Assembly (NCBI GenBank): GCA_910588145.1
Contig: CAJUPO010000002.1
Coordinates: 32,871 to 96,870, forward strand
DNA length: 64,000 nucleotides
Origin: an uncultured Oscillospiraceae bacterium
GTDB lineage: Bacteria; Bacillota; Clostridia; Oscillospirales; Ruminococcaceae
Reading direction: 5' to 3'
This document shows, one piece after another, positions 21,063 to 32,093 of this stretch. Every line of letters starts with the position of its first letter. Within the stretch, counting starts at the first letter, position 1. The translations under genes and the position numbers were made by a program. Below the pieces are notes generated by a model. It was not told where the DNA came from, did no database searches, and was given only the letters and a program-made list of their open reading frames with translations.

Positions 21063-22325
21063 ATGGGTATGACTATGACTCAGAAAATTCTTGCGGCACA
21101 TGCCGGTCTTGACAAGGTTGAGGCCGGACAGCTGATTTTAGTTAACCTGGATCTTGTTCTCGGAAATGATATAACATCACCGGTTGCTATTAAGGAATTT
21201 AATAAGCTGGGAGCAGACGGTGTTTTTGATAAAGACAAGGTTACTATGGTTATGGACCATTTTGCGCCGAACAAGGATATAAAAGCGGCGCAGCAGTGCA
21301 AGATGTGCCGTGATTTCTGCGGTGAAAAGGAAATTACCAATTTCTATGACGTTGGAGAAATGGGAATTGAACACGCACTTCTGCCGGAAAAAGGTCTTGT
21401 AGTTTCAGGAGACGCTGTAATCGGTGCAGATTCTCATACCTGCACATACGGTGCACTTGGAGCGTTTTCAACAGGCGTAGGCTCAACTGATATGGCTTGC
21501 GGAATGGCAACAGGCAAAGCGTGGTTTAAGGTACCTTCTGCAATTAAGTTTGAGCTTAAGGGAGAACTTAATAAATACGTTTCCGGCAAAGATGTAATTC
21601 TTCATATTATTGGTATGATAGGCGTTGACGGAGCGCTTTACCGTTCAATGGAATTTACAGGAGAGGGCGTTTCCTCACTTTCTGTAAGCGACAGACTTTG
21701 TATGGCTAACATGGCAATTGAAGCCGGAGCAAAGAACGGAATTTTTGAGGTTGATGATAAAACTATCGAATATGTAAAGGCTCACAGCGACAGAGAACCG
21801 GTTGTATATAAGGCTGACGAAGACGCTGAATACGATGAAACCTATGTTATTGACCTGAGTGAAATTAAGCCTACTGTATCATTTCCTCATCTTCCTGAGA
21901 ATACTCATACAGTTGACGAAATCGGCGATATAAAGATTGATCAGGTTGTTATCGGTTCATGTACGAACGGACGTCTTGAGGATCTCAGAGCCGCAGCAGA
22001 GATAATGAAAGGCAAAAAGGTTGCTGAAAATGTAAGAGTTATAGTGATTCCTGCCACACAGAAAATTTATCTTGAAGCAATGGAAGAGGGGCTGCTTAAA
22101 ATCTTCATTGAAAGCGGAGCAGTTGTATCAACTCCTACCTGCGGTCCCTGCCTTGGAGGCCATATGGGCATTCTTGCAGAGGGAGAAAGAGCGGTTGCAA
22201 CTACAAACCGTAACTTTGTAGGAAGAATGGGGCATATTGAATCTGAAATATATCTTGCAAGTCCTGCCGTTGCCGCTGCAAGCGCTGTTGCCGGAAAAAT
22301 TGCAGAGCCTAAGGAGGTAATGTGA
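21063..22325 (+). CDS. leuC: 3-isopropylmalate dehydratase large subunit
   Basis: [27 protein letters not shown]. Confidence 0.95.
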   Translation: MGMTMTQKILAAHAGLDKVEAGQLILVNLDLVLGNDITSPVAIKEFNKLGADGVFDKDKVTMVMDHFAPNKDIKAAQQCKMCRDFCGEKEITNFYDVGEMGIEHALLPEKGLVVSGDAVIGADSHTCTYGALGAFSTGVGSTDMACGMATGKAWFKVPSAIKFELKGELNKYVSGKDVILHIIGMIGVDGALYRSMEFTGEGVSSLSVSDRLCMANMAIEAGAKNGIFEVDDKTIEYVKAHSDREPVVYKADEDAEYDETYVIDLSEIKPTVSFPHLPENTHTVDEIGDIKIDQVVIGSCTNGRLEDLRAAAEIMKGKKVAENVRVIVIPATQKIYLEAMEEGLLKIFIESGAVVSTPTCGPCLGGHMGILAEGERAVATTNRNFVGRMGHIESEIYLASPAVAAASAVAGKIAEPKEVM

Positions 22326-22326
22326 A

Positions 22327-22821
22327 ATGGTATTTGAAGGAAAAGTTATCAAGTACGGGGATAATGTTGACACTGATGTAATTATTCCAGCAAGGTATCT
22401 TAATACAAGCGATAAAAAAGAGCTTGCTTCTCACTGTATGGAGGATCTTGACCAAACCTTTGCCGAAAGGGTTCAGAAAGGCGACATAATGGTTGCCGGA
22501 TTCAATTTCGGCTGCGGATCTTCCCGTGAGCACGCTCCTATTGCGATAAAGGAAAGCGGAATTTCCCTGGTAATCGCTAAAAGCTTTGCAAGAATTTTTT
22601 ATAGAAATTCCATAAATATCGGACTTGCGATTCTTGAATGTCCTGAGGCGGCTGAGGCAATTGAAGAGGGAAATATTGTAGAAGCTGATCTTAATAAAGG
22701 CATTCTGACAAATAAGACTACCGGCAAGCAGTATAAAACAGAGCCGTTCCCTGAATTTATTCAGTCAATTATAACTAACGGCGGTCTTGTTGAATCCATA
22801 AAAAACGGAAGCTTTAAATAA
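22327..22821 (+). CDS. leuD: 3-isopropylmalate dehydratase small subunit
   Basis: [22 protein letters not shown]. Confidence 0.95.
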   Translation: MVFEGKVIKYGDNVDTDVIIPARYLNTSDKKELASHCMEDLDQTFAERVQKGDIMVAGFNFGCGSSREHAPIAIKESGISLVIAKSFARIFYRNSINIGLAILECPEAAEAIEEGNIVEADLNKGILTNKTTGKQYKTEPFPEFIQSIITNGGLVESIKNGSFK

Positions 22822-22831
22822 GGAGAAGATA

Positions 22832-23905
22832 ATGGAATTTAATATAGCTTTACTCAGAGGCGACGGTATCGGTCCTGAGATAGTTGACAGCGCCGTGGCT
22901 GTACTTGAAAAAATCGGAGAAAAGTTCGGACACAAATTCAGCTTCACACCGTATCTCATAGGCGGAAGCGCCATTGACGCAACAGGAAAGCCCCTGCCGG
23001 AAGAAACCGTTAAGGGCTGCCTTGAAAGCGACAGTGTTTTATTAGGAGCTGTCGGCGGTCCTAAGTGGGATAACCTTCCCGGTGACTGCCGTCCGGAAAA
23101 GGCGCTGCTTGGAATACGTGCGGCTCTTGAGCTTTTTACAAATTTAAGACCAGCCAAGCTATACAAGGCGCTCAAGGACGAGTGTCCGCTGCGGCCTGAT
23201 ATCGCAGCAGGGGGATTTGACCTTATGATGGTAAGAGAACTTACCGGCGGTATTTATTTCGGCGAAAGAGGAAGAAGAGAAGGAAAATACGGCGAAGAAG
23301 CATACGACACAGAATGTTACAGCAAAATGGAAATTGAGCGTATCGCAAGAGTAGCCTTTGAAACAGCAAGAAAGCGCAGAAAAAATGTTATCAGTATAGA
23401 CAAGGCAAATGTTCTTGAAAGCTCACGCCTATGGAGAGCAACTGTACATGAAATTGCTAAGGAATATCCTGACGTAGACTGTACAGATATGCTGGTTGAC
23501 AATGCGGCAATGCAGCTTGTCAAGAATCCGGGACAGTTTGACGTTGTTGTAACTTCAAATATGTTCGGTGATATACTTTCTGATGAAGCGTCCCAGATTA
23601 CAGGATCTATCGGTATGCTTCCGTCTGCTTCATTAGGTTCTTCAAAAAGAGGTATGTATGAACCTATCCACGGCTCGGCTCCTGATATAGCAGGACAGAA
23701 TAAGGCTAATCCAATAGCTACCATTCTCTCAGCCGCAATGATGCTTAGGTATTCGTTTGACCTTGACAAGGAAGCAGATGCAATTGAAACTGCGGTTGAC
23801 AGCTTCCTTGAAGCAGGCTACAGAACAGCAGACCTTATCGGAAGCACCGATGCAAAGCCTCTGTCTACAACTGAGGTAACAGAGAAAATTCTTGAACTGC
23901 TCTGA
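22832..23905 (+). CDS. leuB: 3-isopropylmalate dehydrogenase
   Basis: [37 protein letters not shown]. Confidence 0.97.
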   Translation: MEFNIALLRGDGIGPEIVDSAVAVLEKIGEKFGHKFSFTPYLIGGSAIDATGKPLPEETVKGCLESDSVLLGAVGGPKWDNLPGDCRPEKALLGIRAALELFTNLRPAKLYKALKDECPLRPDIAAGGFDLMMVRELTGGIYFGERGRREGKYGEEAYDTECYSKMEIERIARVAFETARKRRKNVISIDKANVLESSRLWRATVHEIAKEYPDVDCTDMLVDNAAMQLVKNPGQFDVVVTSNMFGDILSDEASQITGSIGMLPSASLGSSKRGMYEPIHGSAPDIAGQNKANPIATILSAAMMLRYSFDLDKEADAIETAVDSFLEAGYRTADLIGSTDAKPLSTTEVTEKILELL

Positions 23906-23937
23906 AAAAATAAAGCGCTGATTGGAGGCGTTTTCGC

Positions 23938-25152
23938 ATGAATGATAAATTAAAGGAGCTTAATTTCCGGCTCGGCTCGCTGGTTATTTTCAGGGATATA
24001 ATGAAGTGCCGGACAATGAAGAGCCTTGCAAAGCTTCTTGAAGCTGTATGCTGCGGCAGTGAGGATACACTGTCTCAGATACAGGCATACTCTGATTTTG
24101 TATCAGACCTTTACCGTCATAATAATAATCTCAGCTCGTATATTCTTACGCTGATCCTTGAAGATGAAAATATCTATATGATAAGGTCTTCTCATAAGCA
24201 GGAAATAAGCGAAAAGATGGAAAAATGTCTTATGAATGAACTGGAGTCGCTTCAGCTTTTAGCTGAACTGACTTCTGAACAAGTACGGGTAAATATAAAA
24301 TATGACGGCTTCCTTCCTGAATGGGACAATACTTCATATGACTTTAAAAAGGAGTATATGGAGCGTGTTGAGAATATCGGCAGGTACGGATACGGTATTT
24401 ATGCAAAATACTATATGTTTATAGTCAAGGACGGCAATGTTGTTCCGGTTAAGTATCCTGATGAAATCAAGCTGTCACAGCTAATCGGATATGAGAAACA
24501 AAGACAAATGGTAATTGATAATACAGTTGCGCTGATAAACAATAAGCCGGCGTCAAATGTACTGCTGAGCGGAGATGCAGGTACCGGAAAATCCTCTTCA
24601 GTTAAGGCGATTGCCAATGAATACCGTGACAGGGGACTCAGAATCATTGAGATACGCAAGGATCAGCTTAGGGATATTCCTGTTATAATTGATAATCTTA
24701 GCAGAAATCCTCTTAAATTCATCTTGTTTATCGATGATCTGTCCTTTGCGGCGGACGATGATAATTTCGGCGCTCTAAAAGCAATATTGGAAGGCTCAGT
24801 GTCAGCAAGGGCAGATAATATTGCAATATATGCTACAAGCAACAGACGTCATTTGGTAAAGGAATCCTTTTCAGACAGGGACGGTGACGATATTCATAGA
24901 AACGATACGGTTCAGGAGCTTATTTCACTTTCAGAACGCTTCGGCGTAAATGTAACATTCTCACGCCCCGATAAGAATAACTATCTTGAGATAGTCAAAG
25001 GTCTTGCCGCACAAAACGGGCTTGACATGCCTATGCAGGAACTGGAGCTTGAAGCGGAAAGATTTGCAATAAGAAAAAGCGGAGGCAGATCCCCCAGAGC
25101 CGCTAAACAGTTTATTGACAGGATGATAGCCAGCCGCAAGGAAAATCTTTAG
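23938..25152 (+). CDS. AAA+ ATPase, DUF815 family
   Basis: GDAGTGKSS, FIDDLSF, YATSNRRHL, SLSERFG. Confidence 0.88.
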   Translation: MNDKLKELNFRLGSLVIFRDIMKCRTMKSLAKLLEAVCCGSEDTLSQIQAYSDFVSDLYRHNNNLSSYILTLILEDENIYMIRSSHKQEISEKMEKCLMNELESLQLLAELTSEQVRVNIKYDGFLPEWDNTSYDFKKEYMERVENIGRYGYGIYAKYYMFIVKDGNVVPVKYPDEIKLSQLIGYEKQRQMVIDNTVALINNKPASNVLLSGDAGTGKSSSVKAIANEYRDRGLRIIEIRKDQLRDIPVIIDNLSRNPLKFILFIDDLSFAADDDNFGALKAILEGSVSARADNIAIYATSNRRHLVKESFSDRDGDDIHRNDTVQELISLSERFGVNVTFSRPDKNNYLEIVKGLAAQNGLDMPMQELELEAERFAIRKSGGRSPRAAKQFIDRMIASRKENL

Positions 25153-25208
25153 AATAAGTTAAATCAGAAAAATGACAAATTCATAATTTGCCGTGATAAT
25201 TTTAGTAC

Positions 25209-25453
25209 AAATGCATTGACGGGAACGTTTGCGGATAAAGGACAGTACAGAGATTCGGTGAATGGTGAGAGCCGGACAAATCCGTCCGCAATATATCCTC
25301 CCTGAGCAGGCAGGCTGAAGGATCAAAAGTAAGCTTGTCCGGGTTATTTCCTCCGTTATAAAGGAAACGTATTGTCAGATACGAAAATATTGTTCCGGAG
25401 TGGTACAGCAGAAATAATATTTCTGTCTTCGGTGCAAAATATAATTGAAAGAG
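25209..25453 (+). ncRNA. T-box leader upstream of ilvA; probable Ile (ATC) specifier
   Basis: AGAGA and GGTGAGA stem I motifs, ATC at 25295, CCGTTA motif, antiterminator CCGGAG-TGGTACA-GCAGAAA/TTTCTGT-CTTCGG. Confidence 0.85.
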
Positions 25454-25464
25454 TGTATTTCAAA

Positions 25465-26661
25465 ATGCTTACCCTTGATAAAGTTTATCATGCAAGTTAC
25501 GTTTTAAAGGACGTAATCAGACAAACAGATCTTATCTATGCGCCGAAAATCAATTCTGAATGCGAGGTTTATCTGAAAACCGAAAATCTTCAGATTACCG
25601 GATCTTTTAAGGTTAGAGGCGCTTATTATAAAATTTCACAGCTCAGTGATGATGAAAAGGCAAGAGGCGTTATAGCCTGTTCCGCCGGAAATCATGCCCA
25701 GGGCGTTGCGTTGGCCGCAGCAAAGAACGGAATCAAGTCTCTTATCTGTCTTCCGGACGGAGCGCCTATCTCCAAGGTTGAGGCTACAAAGGGCTACGGA
25801 GCCGACGTGTGTCTTGTGGAAGGCGTTTATGATGACGCATACAATAAGGCGATCGAACTGAGGGATGAAAAGGGTTATACCTTTATTCATCCGTTTGATG
25901 ATGAAAATGTTATTGCAGGACAGGGGACTATCGGACTGGAAATTCTTGAACAGCTTGCCGATGTAGACGCTATTGTTGTTCCGGTAGGCGGCGGCGGACT
26001 AATTTCGGGTGTAGCCTTTGCGGTAAAGCATCTGAATCCTTCGGTAAAGGTTTACGGCGTCCAGGCAAGCGGCGCGCCAAGTATGGCTGTTTCTCTTGAA
26101 AAGGGAGAGATACAGTGCCTTGACTCAGTTTCCACTATTGCCGACGGTATAAAGGTTAAGGAACCGGGAGAGCACACGTTTGAATGCTGCCGTGAATATG
26201 TAGATGAAATAGTAACCGTAACCGATGATGAGATTTCATCTGCGATCCTTGCTTTAATTGAACAGCATAAGCTTATTTCCGAAGGGGCAGGCGCTGTATC
26301 GGTAGCAGCCGTAATGTTCGGAAAAGTGCCTGTTAAGGGAAAAAAGGTAGTTTGCCTTGTTTCCGGAGGAAATATCGATGTAACAATTCTCTCCAGGGTT
26401 ATAAAGAGAGGTCTGCTTAAATCGGGTCGTTCAGATTCTATAAATATAGAGCTTATGGATAAGCCTGGTCAGCTTCGTGACGTTTCAAGGATAATAGCTG
26501 ATCTGGGCGGAAATGTTGTAGCAATACATCATGAAAGAGCAAGTGAAAATTCAGACATTATCGGCTGTTATCTGAGAATAGTACTTGAAACAAGAAATTT
26601 CGAACATAAAATTGCTATTAGAAAAGCGCTTGCAGACGCAGGCTTTTCAATTGTTGAGTAA
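25465..26661 (+). CDS. ilvA: Threonine ammonia-lyase with ACT domain; start revised to ATG 25465
   Basis: ENLQITGSFKVRGA PLP lysine, SAGNHAQG, VGGGGLISG. Confidence 0.94.
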   Translation: MLTLDKVYHASYVLKDVIRQTDLIYAPKINSECEVYLKTENLQITGSFKVRGAYYKISQLSDDEKARGVIACSAGNHAQGVALAAAKNGIKSLICLPDGAPISKVEATKGYGADVCLVEGVYDDAYNKAIELRDEKGYTFIHPFDDENVIAGQGTIGLEILEQLADVDAIVVPVGGGGLISGVAFAVKHLNPSVKVYGVQASGAPSMAVSLEKGEIQCLDSVSTIADGIKVKEPGEHTFECCREYVDEIVTVTDDEISSAILALIEQHKLISEGAGAVSVAAVMFGKVPVKGKKVVCLVSGGNIDVTILSRVIKRGLLKSGRSDSINIELMDKPGQLRDVSRIIADLGGNVVAIHHERASENSDIIGCYLRIVLETRNFEHKIAIRKALADAGFSIVE

Positions 26662-26679
26662 ACCAAGGAGGTAATTACA

Positions 26680-27054
26680 ATGTCACAGAAAATTCATACA
26701 GACAAAGCACCTGAAGCTATCGGACCATATTCCCAGGCGGTTGTTTCTGGAAATATGCTGTATACATCAGGTCAGATCGCAATTAATCCTGCAAGCGGCG
26801 AAGTTGAAGCATCCGATGTAGAAGGTCAGACTCTTCAGGTTATGAAAAACCTTGGAGCTGTTCTTGAAGCGGCTGGTTCTTCATTTGACAAGGCAGTAAA
26901 AACTACCTGTTTTCTTGCGGATATTGCTGATTTTGCAGCATTTAATAAGATTTACGGTGAATATTTTACATCGAATCCTGCAAGAAGCTGCGTTGCTGTA
27001 AGGGATCTTCCAAAGGGAGTCTTGGTTGAAGTTGAGGTTATAGCAGAAGTTTGA
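26680..27054 (+). CDS. ridA: RidA/YjgF family 2-iminoacid deaminase
   Basis: APEAIGPYSQA, SGQI, PARSCV, VEVE; next to ilvA. Confidence 0.92.
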   Translation: MSQKIHTDKAPEAIGPYSQAVVSGNMLYTSGQIAINPASGEVEASDVEGQTLQVMKNLGAVLEAAGSSFDKAVKTTCFLADIADFAAFNKIYGEYFTSNPARSCVAVRDLPKGVLVEVEVIAEV

Positions 27055-27100
27055 TGCGTTAAGGGGCGGTGTATCCGCCCTTTTTGTATTTGAGGTGTTT

Positions 27101-27937
27101 ATGAGGGTATTATTTCTTATTATGTATTTTCTTGTTATTTTGCTGATATACTTTTTTATCGAAAACAGAATGCTGATAGTGAGGAAATATAAAATAAAAA
27201 CAAAATGTCCGTCAGGAATTTCTCCCCTGAAAATAGTTCAGTTATCCGATATTCACAAGAGAACCTATAAGAACGGGTGGGCAAGACTTGTCCTGCGTAT
27301 AAAATCCCTTGAACCGGATATTATCCTGATTACCGGTGATCTTGTATCAAGGTCTGCTGAAGATTTTGAATATACGGGAGTTCTGATGAAAAAGCTTAGT
27401 AGTATTTGTCCGGTTTATTGCTGTCTTGGAAATCACGAGCTTGACTTTACCGATAAGCAAATGGATGATTATATGAAAATGATAAATCAATCAGGAGCGG
27501 TTTTGCTTGACAATGAAACTGTTGTTTACAAAAAAAACGGTAAAACCATAAATATAACCGGAGCAAGCCTTAAGCTTTCATGCTATAAAAACAAGGACGG
27601 AAAGTACTCGGACCTGCATTATTATTCTGAAAGAGAAATCTTAAATGATTTGGGAGAAAAAAAAGGATTTACAATTTTGCTTGCACATAATCCGTTTTTT
27701 TCTGACGCATATGCTCATTGGGGAGCAGAACTGACATTTTCCGGTCATGTTCATGGGGGAGCAGTTAGACTTCCGTTTATAGGTGGATTATTATCACCTG
27801 AGAGAAAGTTTTTTCCTGAAAAATCATTGGGAGTATATGAAACAGACGGGAAAAAACTTGTGGTTTCTGCCGGAATCGGCAAATACAGATTATTTAATCC
27901 GCCGGAAATTTTATATGCAGTAATAGAAAGTGAATAA
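27101..27937 (+). CDS. Metallophosphoesterase (YkuE-like)
   Basis: SDIH, TGD, GNHE, LAH, GHVHGG; N-terminal TM. Confidence 0.9.
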   Translation: MRVLFLIMYFLVILLIYFFIENRMLIVRKYKIKTKCPSGISPLKIVQLSDIHKRTYKNGWARLVLRIKSLEPDIILITGDLVSRSAEDFEYTGVLMKKLSSICPVYCCLGNHELDFTDKQMDDYMKMINQSGAVLLDNETVVYKKNGKTINITGASLKLSCYKNKDGKYSDLHYYSEREILNDLGEKKGFTILLAHNPFFSDAYAHWGAELTFSGHVHGGAVRLPFIGGLLSPERKFFPEKSLGVYETDGKKLVVSAGIGKYRLFNPPEILYAVIESE

Positions 27938-28004
27938 AATGCATGGACAAAAATACAAAATTGTGTTAATATATAACAAATGAGAAAATTTGAGGAGGAA
28001 CTTT

Positions 28005-29015
28005 ATGAGTAATTATACAAAGCTTACTGAATTTAACGGCATGCCGGTGGTTGAGTTTTCAGCAGGGGGATACACTGCAATATTAGCCTATGAAATAGGC
28101 TCCAATGTAATCAGACTGCATGATGACAAAAACGGAATTGAGTTTTTCCGTTTCAAGGCGGATAATCCGGCGGAAAATATTAAGCAGTCAGCAGAAGTTT
28201 GGGGACTGCCCACACTTTATCTGCCAAACAGATTTGCAGACGGAGTTCTTAAAACTTCAGACGCTGTTTATCAGCTTCCCGTGAATGAAAAGGCGCCTTA
28301 TAACAATCATATTCACGGATTTCTTCACAAAAGAGTGCATACTGTAACTGAACATTATGCAGACGATAATTGTGCAGTTGTAAAGACAAAGTATACATAT
28401 GATGAAAATGATGAGTTTTTTGAATATATGCCTATAAGATTTATTGCTGAATATACTTTTACTTTGTCAGAATGCGGTCTTGAGCAAAAAATTCAGCTTA
28501 CAAATCTTTCAGATAAGATGATGCCGATTTCCATTGCGACACATACAACAATAAATTCTCCGTTTGCAGAGGGCGGAAAGGAAGAAAATATCAGACTTTT
28601 TGTACCGGTAATAAAAAGATGTGAGCTTAATGAACGCTGTCTGCCTACAGAAAAGCTGCTTGACCTTTCTGAAACAGACAGTGAGTATATAAACGAGGGC
28701 AGAAAACCGGTATTACAGGTTGTGGATAATGAAATGTATACTGCTGACAGCCTAAAGCTTGACGGTCAGGATTTTCACGGCGTTATAGCAGAGGATACAG
28801 AAAGCGGCAAAAAAATCTGTTACGAGGTATCCGATGAGTACAAGTTCTGGATTATCTGGAATGACAGAGGCTTTAACGGATATTTCTGTCCTGAGCCAAT
28901 GACTGCGATGATAGACGCACCAAACCTGTCTATGCCAAGCGACGTCACCGGATACAGAGAAATACGTCCTCAGCAGACATTTGAGGCATATCAGAGATTT
29001 TTCAGCCGAGTATAA
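28005..29015 (+). CDS. Aldose 1-epimerase family protein
   Basis: PNRF, HIHG, H-T-T, CPEP motifs. Confidence 0.85.
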   Translation: MSNYTKLTEFNGMPVVEFSAGGYTAILAYEIGSNVIRLHDDKNGIEFFRFKADNPAENIKQSAEVWGLPTLYLPNRFADGVLKTSDAVYQLPVNEKAPYNNHIHGFLHKRVHTVTEHYADDNCAVVKTKYTYDENDEFFEYMPIRFIAEYTFTLSECGLEQKIQLTNLSDKMMPISIATHTTINSPFAEGGKEENIRLFVPVIKRCELNERCLPTEKLLDLSETDSEYINEGRKPVLQVVDNEMYTADSLKLDGQDFHGVIAEDTESGKKICYEVSDEYKFWIIWNDRGFNGYFCPEPMTAMIDAPNLSMPSDVTGYREIRPQQTFEAYQRFFSRV

Positions 29016-29074
29016 TCTAAAAATAAAATTAAAAGGACGTCAGTTAACTGACGTCCTTAAATATTTGCATTTGC

Positions 29075-31426
29075 TTATCCGACTATTTGTTTAGCGATAT
29101 TAACGGTTTCCATTGCGTCTTTAGCATAAAAATCAGCGCCTATTTGGTCAGCATATTCCTGAGTAAGAACGGCGCCGCCGACAACAACTTTACAGTTAAC
29201 ATTATTCTGCCTGAGAAGAGAAATTGTTTCTTCCATGGATTTTAGAGTAGTAGTCATAAGTGCGGAAAGTCCCACAAGCTTTACCTTATGTTCAATAGCC
29301 GCTTTAACTACCGACTCGCACGGCACGTCCTTGCCTAAATCAATTACAGTGTATCCATAGTTTTCAAGAAGTACCTTGACAATATTTTTTCCGATGTCAT
29401 GAATATCGCCTTTAACGGTAGCCAGTACAATTTTACCCTTGCTTACCGGTTCAGCGTTTTCGCTGGTCATTTTTTCCCTGATTACTGCAAAAGCAGATTG
29501 AGCCGCTCCGGCTGTCAGTATAAGCTGAGGCAGAAAAATGGTGCCCTTTTCAAAATTTGCGCCTGCCTTATCAAGTGCCGGAATAAGAATATCGTTTATA
29601 ATTTCCATAGGAGCGTGATTTTTCAGCATTTCAGCAGTAGCGGAAGCGCTGTCCTCTTTCAGACCGTTTTCAATGGCATAGGAAAGTGAAACAGTGCCGG
29701 ATTTTTTTTCAGTAACAGGCTTCTGAGGAACTGCGTCATTATAAGCCGCAATAAATTCAGTGGAATTTTTATCTATATTGGTAAGAAGCTTAAAGGTTCT
29801 TACAGCGCCGGTCATGGCGTCAATATTAGGATTAATTATAGGCAGATCAAGTCCGTATGCCATAGCCATTGTAAGGAAGTTCTGATTTATCATGGCTCTG
29901 TTTGGCAGACCAAATGAAATATTCGATACGCCGAGAACAGTTTTTAGTCCAAGTTCGTCCTTTACACGTTTAAGAGCCTTTAAGGTTTCCATAACGGCTT
30001 CCTGTTCAGCCGACGCCGTAAGAGTAAGACAGTCAATATAAACGTCTTCCTTTGGAATACCGTATTCAAGCGCACGTCTGAGTATTTTTTCAGCTATCTT
30101 GAATCTATCCTCAGCCTTTGGCGGAATACCGTTTTGATCCAGTGTAAGTCCTACGACAGAAGCTCCGTATTTTTTAACAAGGGGAAGAACAGTTTCAAGG
30201 GATTTTTCTTCACCGTTAACTGAGTTTACTATTGGTTTGCCGTTGTAGATTCTCAATGCGGCTTCAAGGACTTCCGGTATAGTTGAATCAATCTGGAGAG
30301 GTGCATCGGTAATTCCCTGAATAGCCTTTACAGCCGAAACCATCATTTCTTTTTCATCAATTTCCGGCAATCCGACATTAACGTCAAGAATATCAGCGCC
30401 TGCATGAGTCTGCTCAATAGCCTGATTGAGAATATACCCTATGTCATGTTTTCTGAGGGCTTCTTTAAAAAGCTTTTTTCCGGTAGGATTTATTCGTTCC
30501 CCGATAATTCTCGGCTGATTTATTATAACCGTCTTTGAGGAAGAGCATACAGCCGCAGGAATAATGATTTTTTCACGTTTAATATCAGTTTCTTCAAGGA
30601 CGGATTTAAGCTTACTTATATATTCCGGAGTAGTTCCGCAGCAGCCTCCGAAAATACTTACTCCGTGAAGTGCGGCAGTTTTCATCTGCTCGGCAAAATC
30701 CTCAGGGAGAACGTCATATTTATTTGTTACCGGATCAGGAAGACCGGCATTTGGTTTTAAAATAACGGGAACATTTGTCCACTTCATAAGCTCTTCGCAG
30801 ACAGGAGCAAGCTGTTTCGGACCCAGAGAACAGTTGATTCCCATTGCGTCAACGCCTAATCCGTTAAGAGTAAGCGCCATGGAGGAAATACTGCATCCGG
30901 TGAAAGTACGCATATTTTCCTCAAAGGTCATAGTACAGAGTATAGGCTTATCAGAATTTTCACGGGCAGCAAGAACAGCCGCTTTCAGCTCGTAAAGGTC
31001 GGTCATTGTTTCAAAAACGATAATATCTGCGTTCCTGCCGGCAATTATCTGTTCCTTAAAAATGCTGTATGCTTCTTCAAAGGTAAGTGTTCCCGTCGGT
31101 TCAAGAAGCTGACCAATGGGACCTATATCAAGTGCGGTAAGAGCCTTTTCGCCGCAGGCTTTTTTGGCTATGGAAATTCCGGCAGAAATAATTTCTTCAA
31201 CACTGTTTCCTTTAAGCTTGTATCTGTTTGCCCCGAATGTATTTGCATAAACAATATTTGAACCGGCGGCAATATACTTTTTGTGAATACTTTCTATCAG
31301 CTCAGGGTCGGTAAGGTTAAGAAGCTCAGGAATCCCTCCGGCTTCAAGCCCGGCCTCCTGGAGCATAGTACCCATTGCACCGTCAAGAAGTATATATTTA
31401 TTATTCAGCAAAGATTTAAAATCCAC
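29075..31426 (-). CDS. metH: Cobalamin-dependent methionine synthase (Hcy-binding, pterin-binding and B12-binding domains); start revised to GTG 31426
   Basis: LLDGAMGT, GGCCGT, IGERINPTG, DIHDIGKNIV, LSALMTTT. Confidence 0.92.
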   Translation of the reverse strand: MDFKSLLNNKYILLDGAMGTMLQEAGLEAGGIPELLNLTDPELIESIHKKYIAAGSNIVYANTFGANRYKLKGNSVEEIISAGISIAKKACGEKALTALDIGPIGQLLEPTGTLTFEEAYSIFKEQIIAGRNADIIVFETMTDLYELKAAVLAARENSDKPILCTMTFEENMRTFTGCSISSMALTLNGLGVDAMGINCSLGPKQLAPVCEELMKWTNVPVILKPNAGLPDPVTNKYDVLPEDFAEQMKTAALHGVSIFGGCCGTTPEYISKLKSVLEETDIKREKIIIPAAVCSSSKTVIINQPRIIGERINPTGKKLFKEALRKHDIGYILNQAIEQTHAGADILDVNVGLPEIDEKEMMVSAVKAIQGITDAPLQIDSTIPEVLEAALRIYNGKPIVNSVNGEEKSLETVLPLVKKYGASVVGLTLDQNGIPPKAEDRFKIAEKILRRALEYGIPKEDVYIDCLTLTASAEQEAVMETLKALKRVKDELGLKTVLGVSNISFGLPNRAMINQNFLTMAMAYGLDLPIINPNIDAMTGAVRTFKLLTNIDKNSTEFIAAYNDAVPQKPVTEKKSGTVSLSYAIENGLKEDSASATAEMLKNHAPMEIINDILIPALDKAGANFEKGTIFLPQLILTAGAAQSAFAVIREKMTSENAEPVSKGKIVLATVKGDIHDIGKNIVKVLLENYGYTVIDLGKDVPCESVVKAAIEHKVKLVGLSALMTTTLKSMEETISLLRQNNVNCKVVVGGAVLTQEYADQIGADFYAKDAMETVNIAKQIVG

Positions 31427-32093
31427 AATGCTCTCCCCGCTTTCTGAAATTACATTTTGAAGCCATATTGCAGCTTGCGCAGCCTCTTTTTTTTCTTTCG
31501 ACCTGATGGTCGGATATTCCGGCAACAGCAGTTACCGACTTTCTCGGAGTCAGTATATTGCTTTCCTCAAGACAGAGACCGATTCTTTTCTGAGCGTTCA
31601 TAACATTCAGGAAATCCCTCTGGGTATCAAGGGGAAAGTCGCCGTATCCGGGAGAAAAACGCCATGTAAAAAACTTATCCGGCAGCTGAGATTTTATAAT
31701 TTCGTCTGCCATAGTGCATACCTGTTCAATAGCCGCACTTGCAAGAGCGTCGGCGGCAAAGGCAGATGACATATCAGTAATCTCTTTTTTTCTTATAAAA
31801 GAGTCAACAGCCGGACCAATTGTTGCGCAAAGAAGTACAGCCCTGCTGCAACCGGAAAGATGTTCTCTTATATCCTTTCCTCTAAGGGTGAGAGTAGTTG
31901 AGCAGACATTAACTGCCTCGTCAGATTCCTCTATATCGAAAACCTTATATATAAAGGCCGGGGAAATGTGTTCAAGAAGCTCTGCCTCGCATTTTTCCAT
32001 CAGAGCCTCAAGAGCGGTGCTCACTTCGCCTCGGTGGCCCATATATCTTAGGGCTTCGTTTCTGTTCAGCTTTTCAAGTTTTATTTTCTGCAT
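31416..32093 (-). CDS. Stand-alone methionine synthase activation domain protein
   Basis: RFSPGYGD, PRKSVTA; lies between metF and metH. Confidence 0.88.
   Translation of the reverse strand: MQKIKLEKLNRNEALRYMGHRGEVSTALEALMEKCEAELLEHISPAFIYKVFDIEESDEAVNVCSTTLTLRGKDIREHLSGCSRAVLLCATIGPAVDSFIRKKEITDMSSAFAADALASAAIEQVCTMADEIIKSQLPDKFFTWRFSPGYGDFPLDTQRDFLNVMNAQKRIGLCLEESNILTPRKSVTAVAGISDHQVERKKRGCASCNMASKCNFRKRGEHCGF

Noticed and set aside
21063..23905. leuA missing from the leu cluster
   Set aside because: It may be encoded elsewhere; cannot be judged from one window
25372..25464. 31-aa N-terminal extension of IlvA in the ORF track
   Set aside because: It overlaps the T-box antiterminator; the real start is ATG 25465
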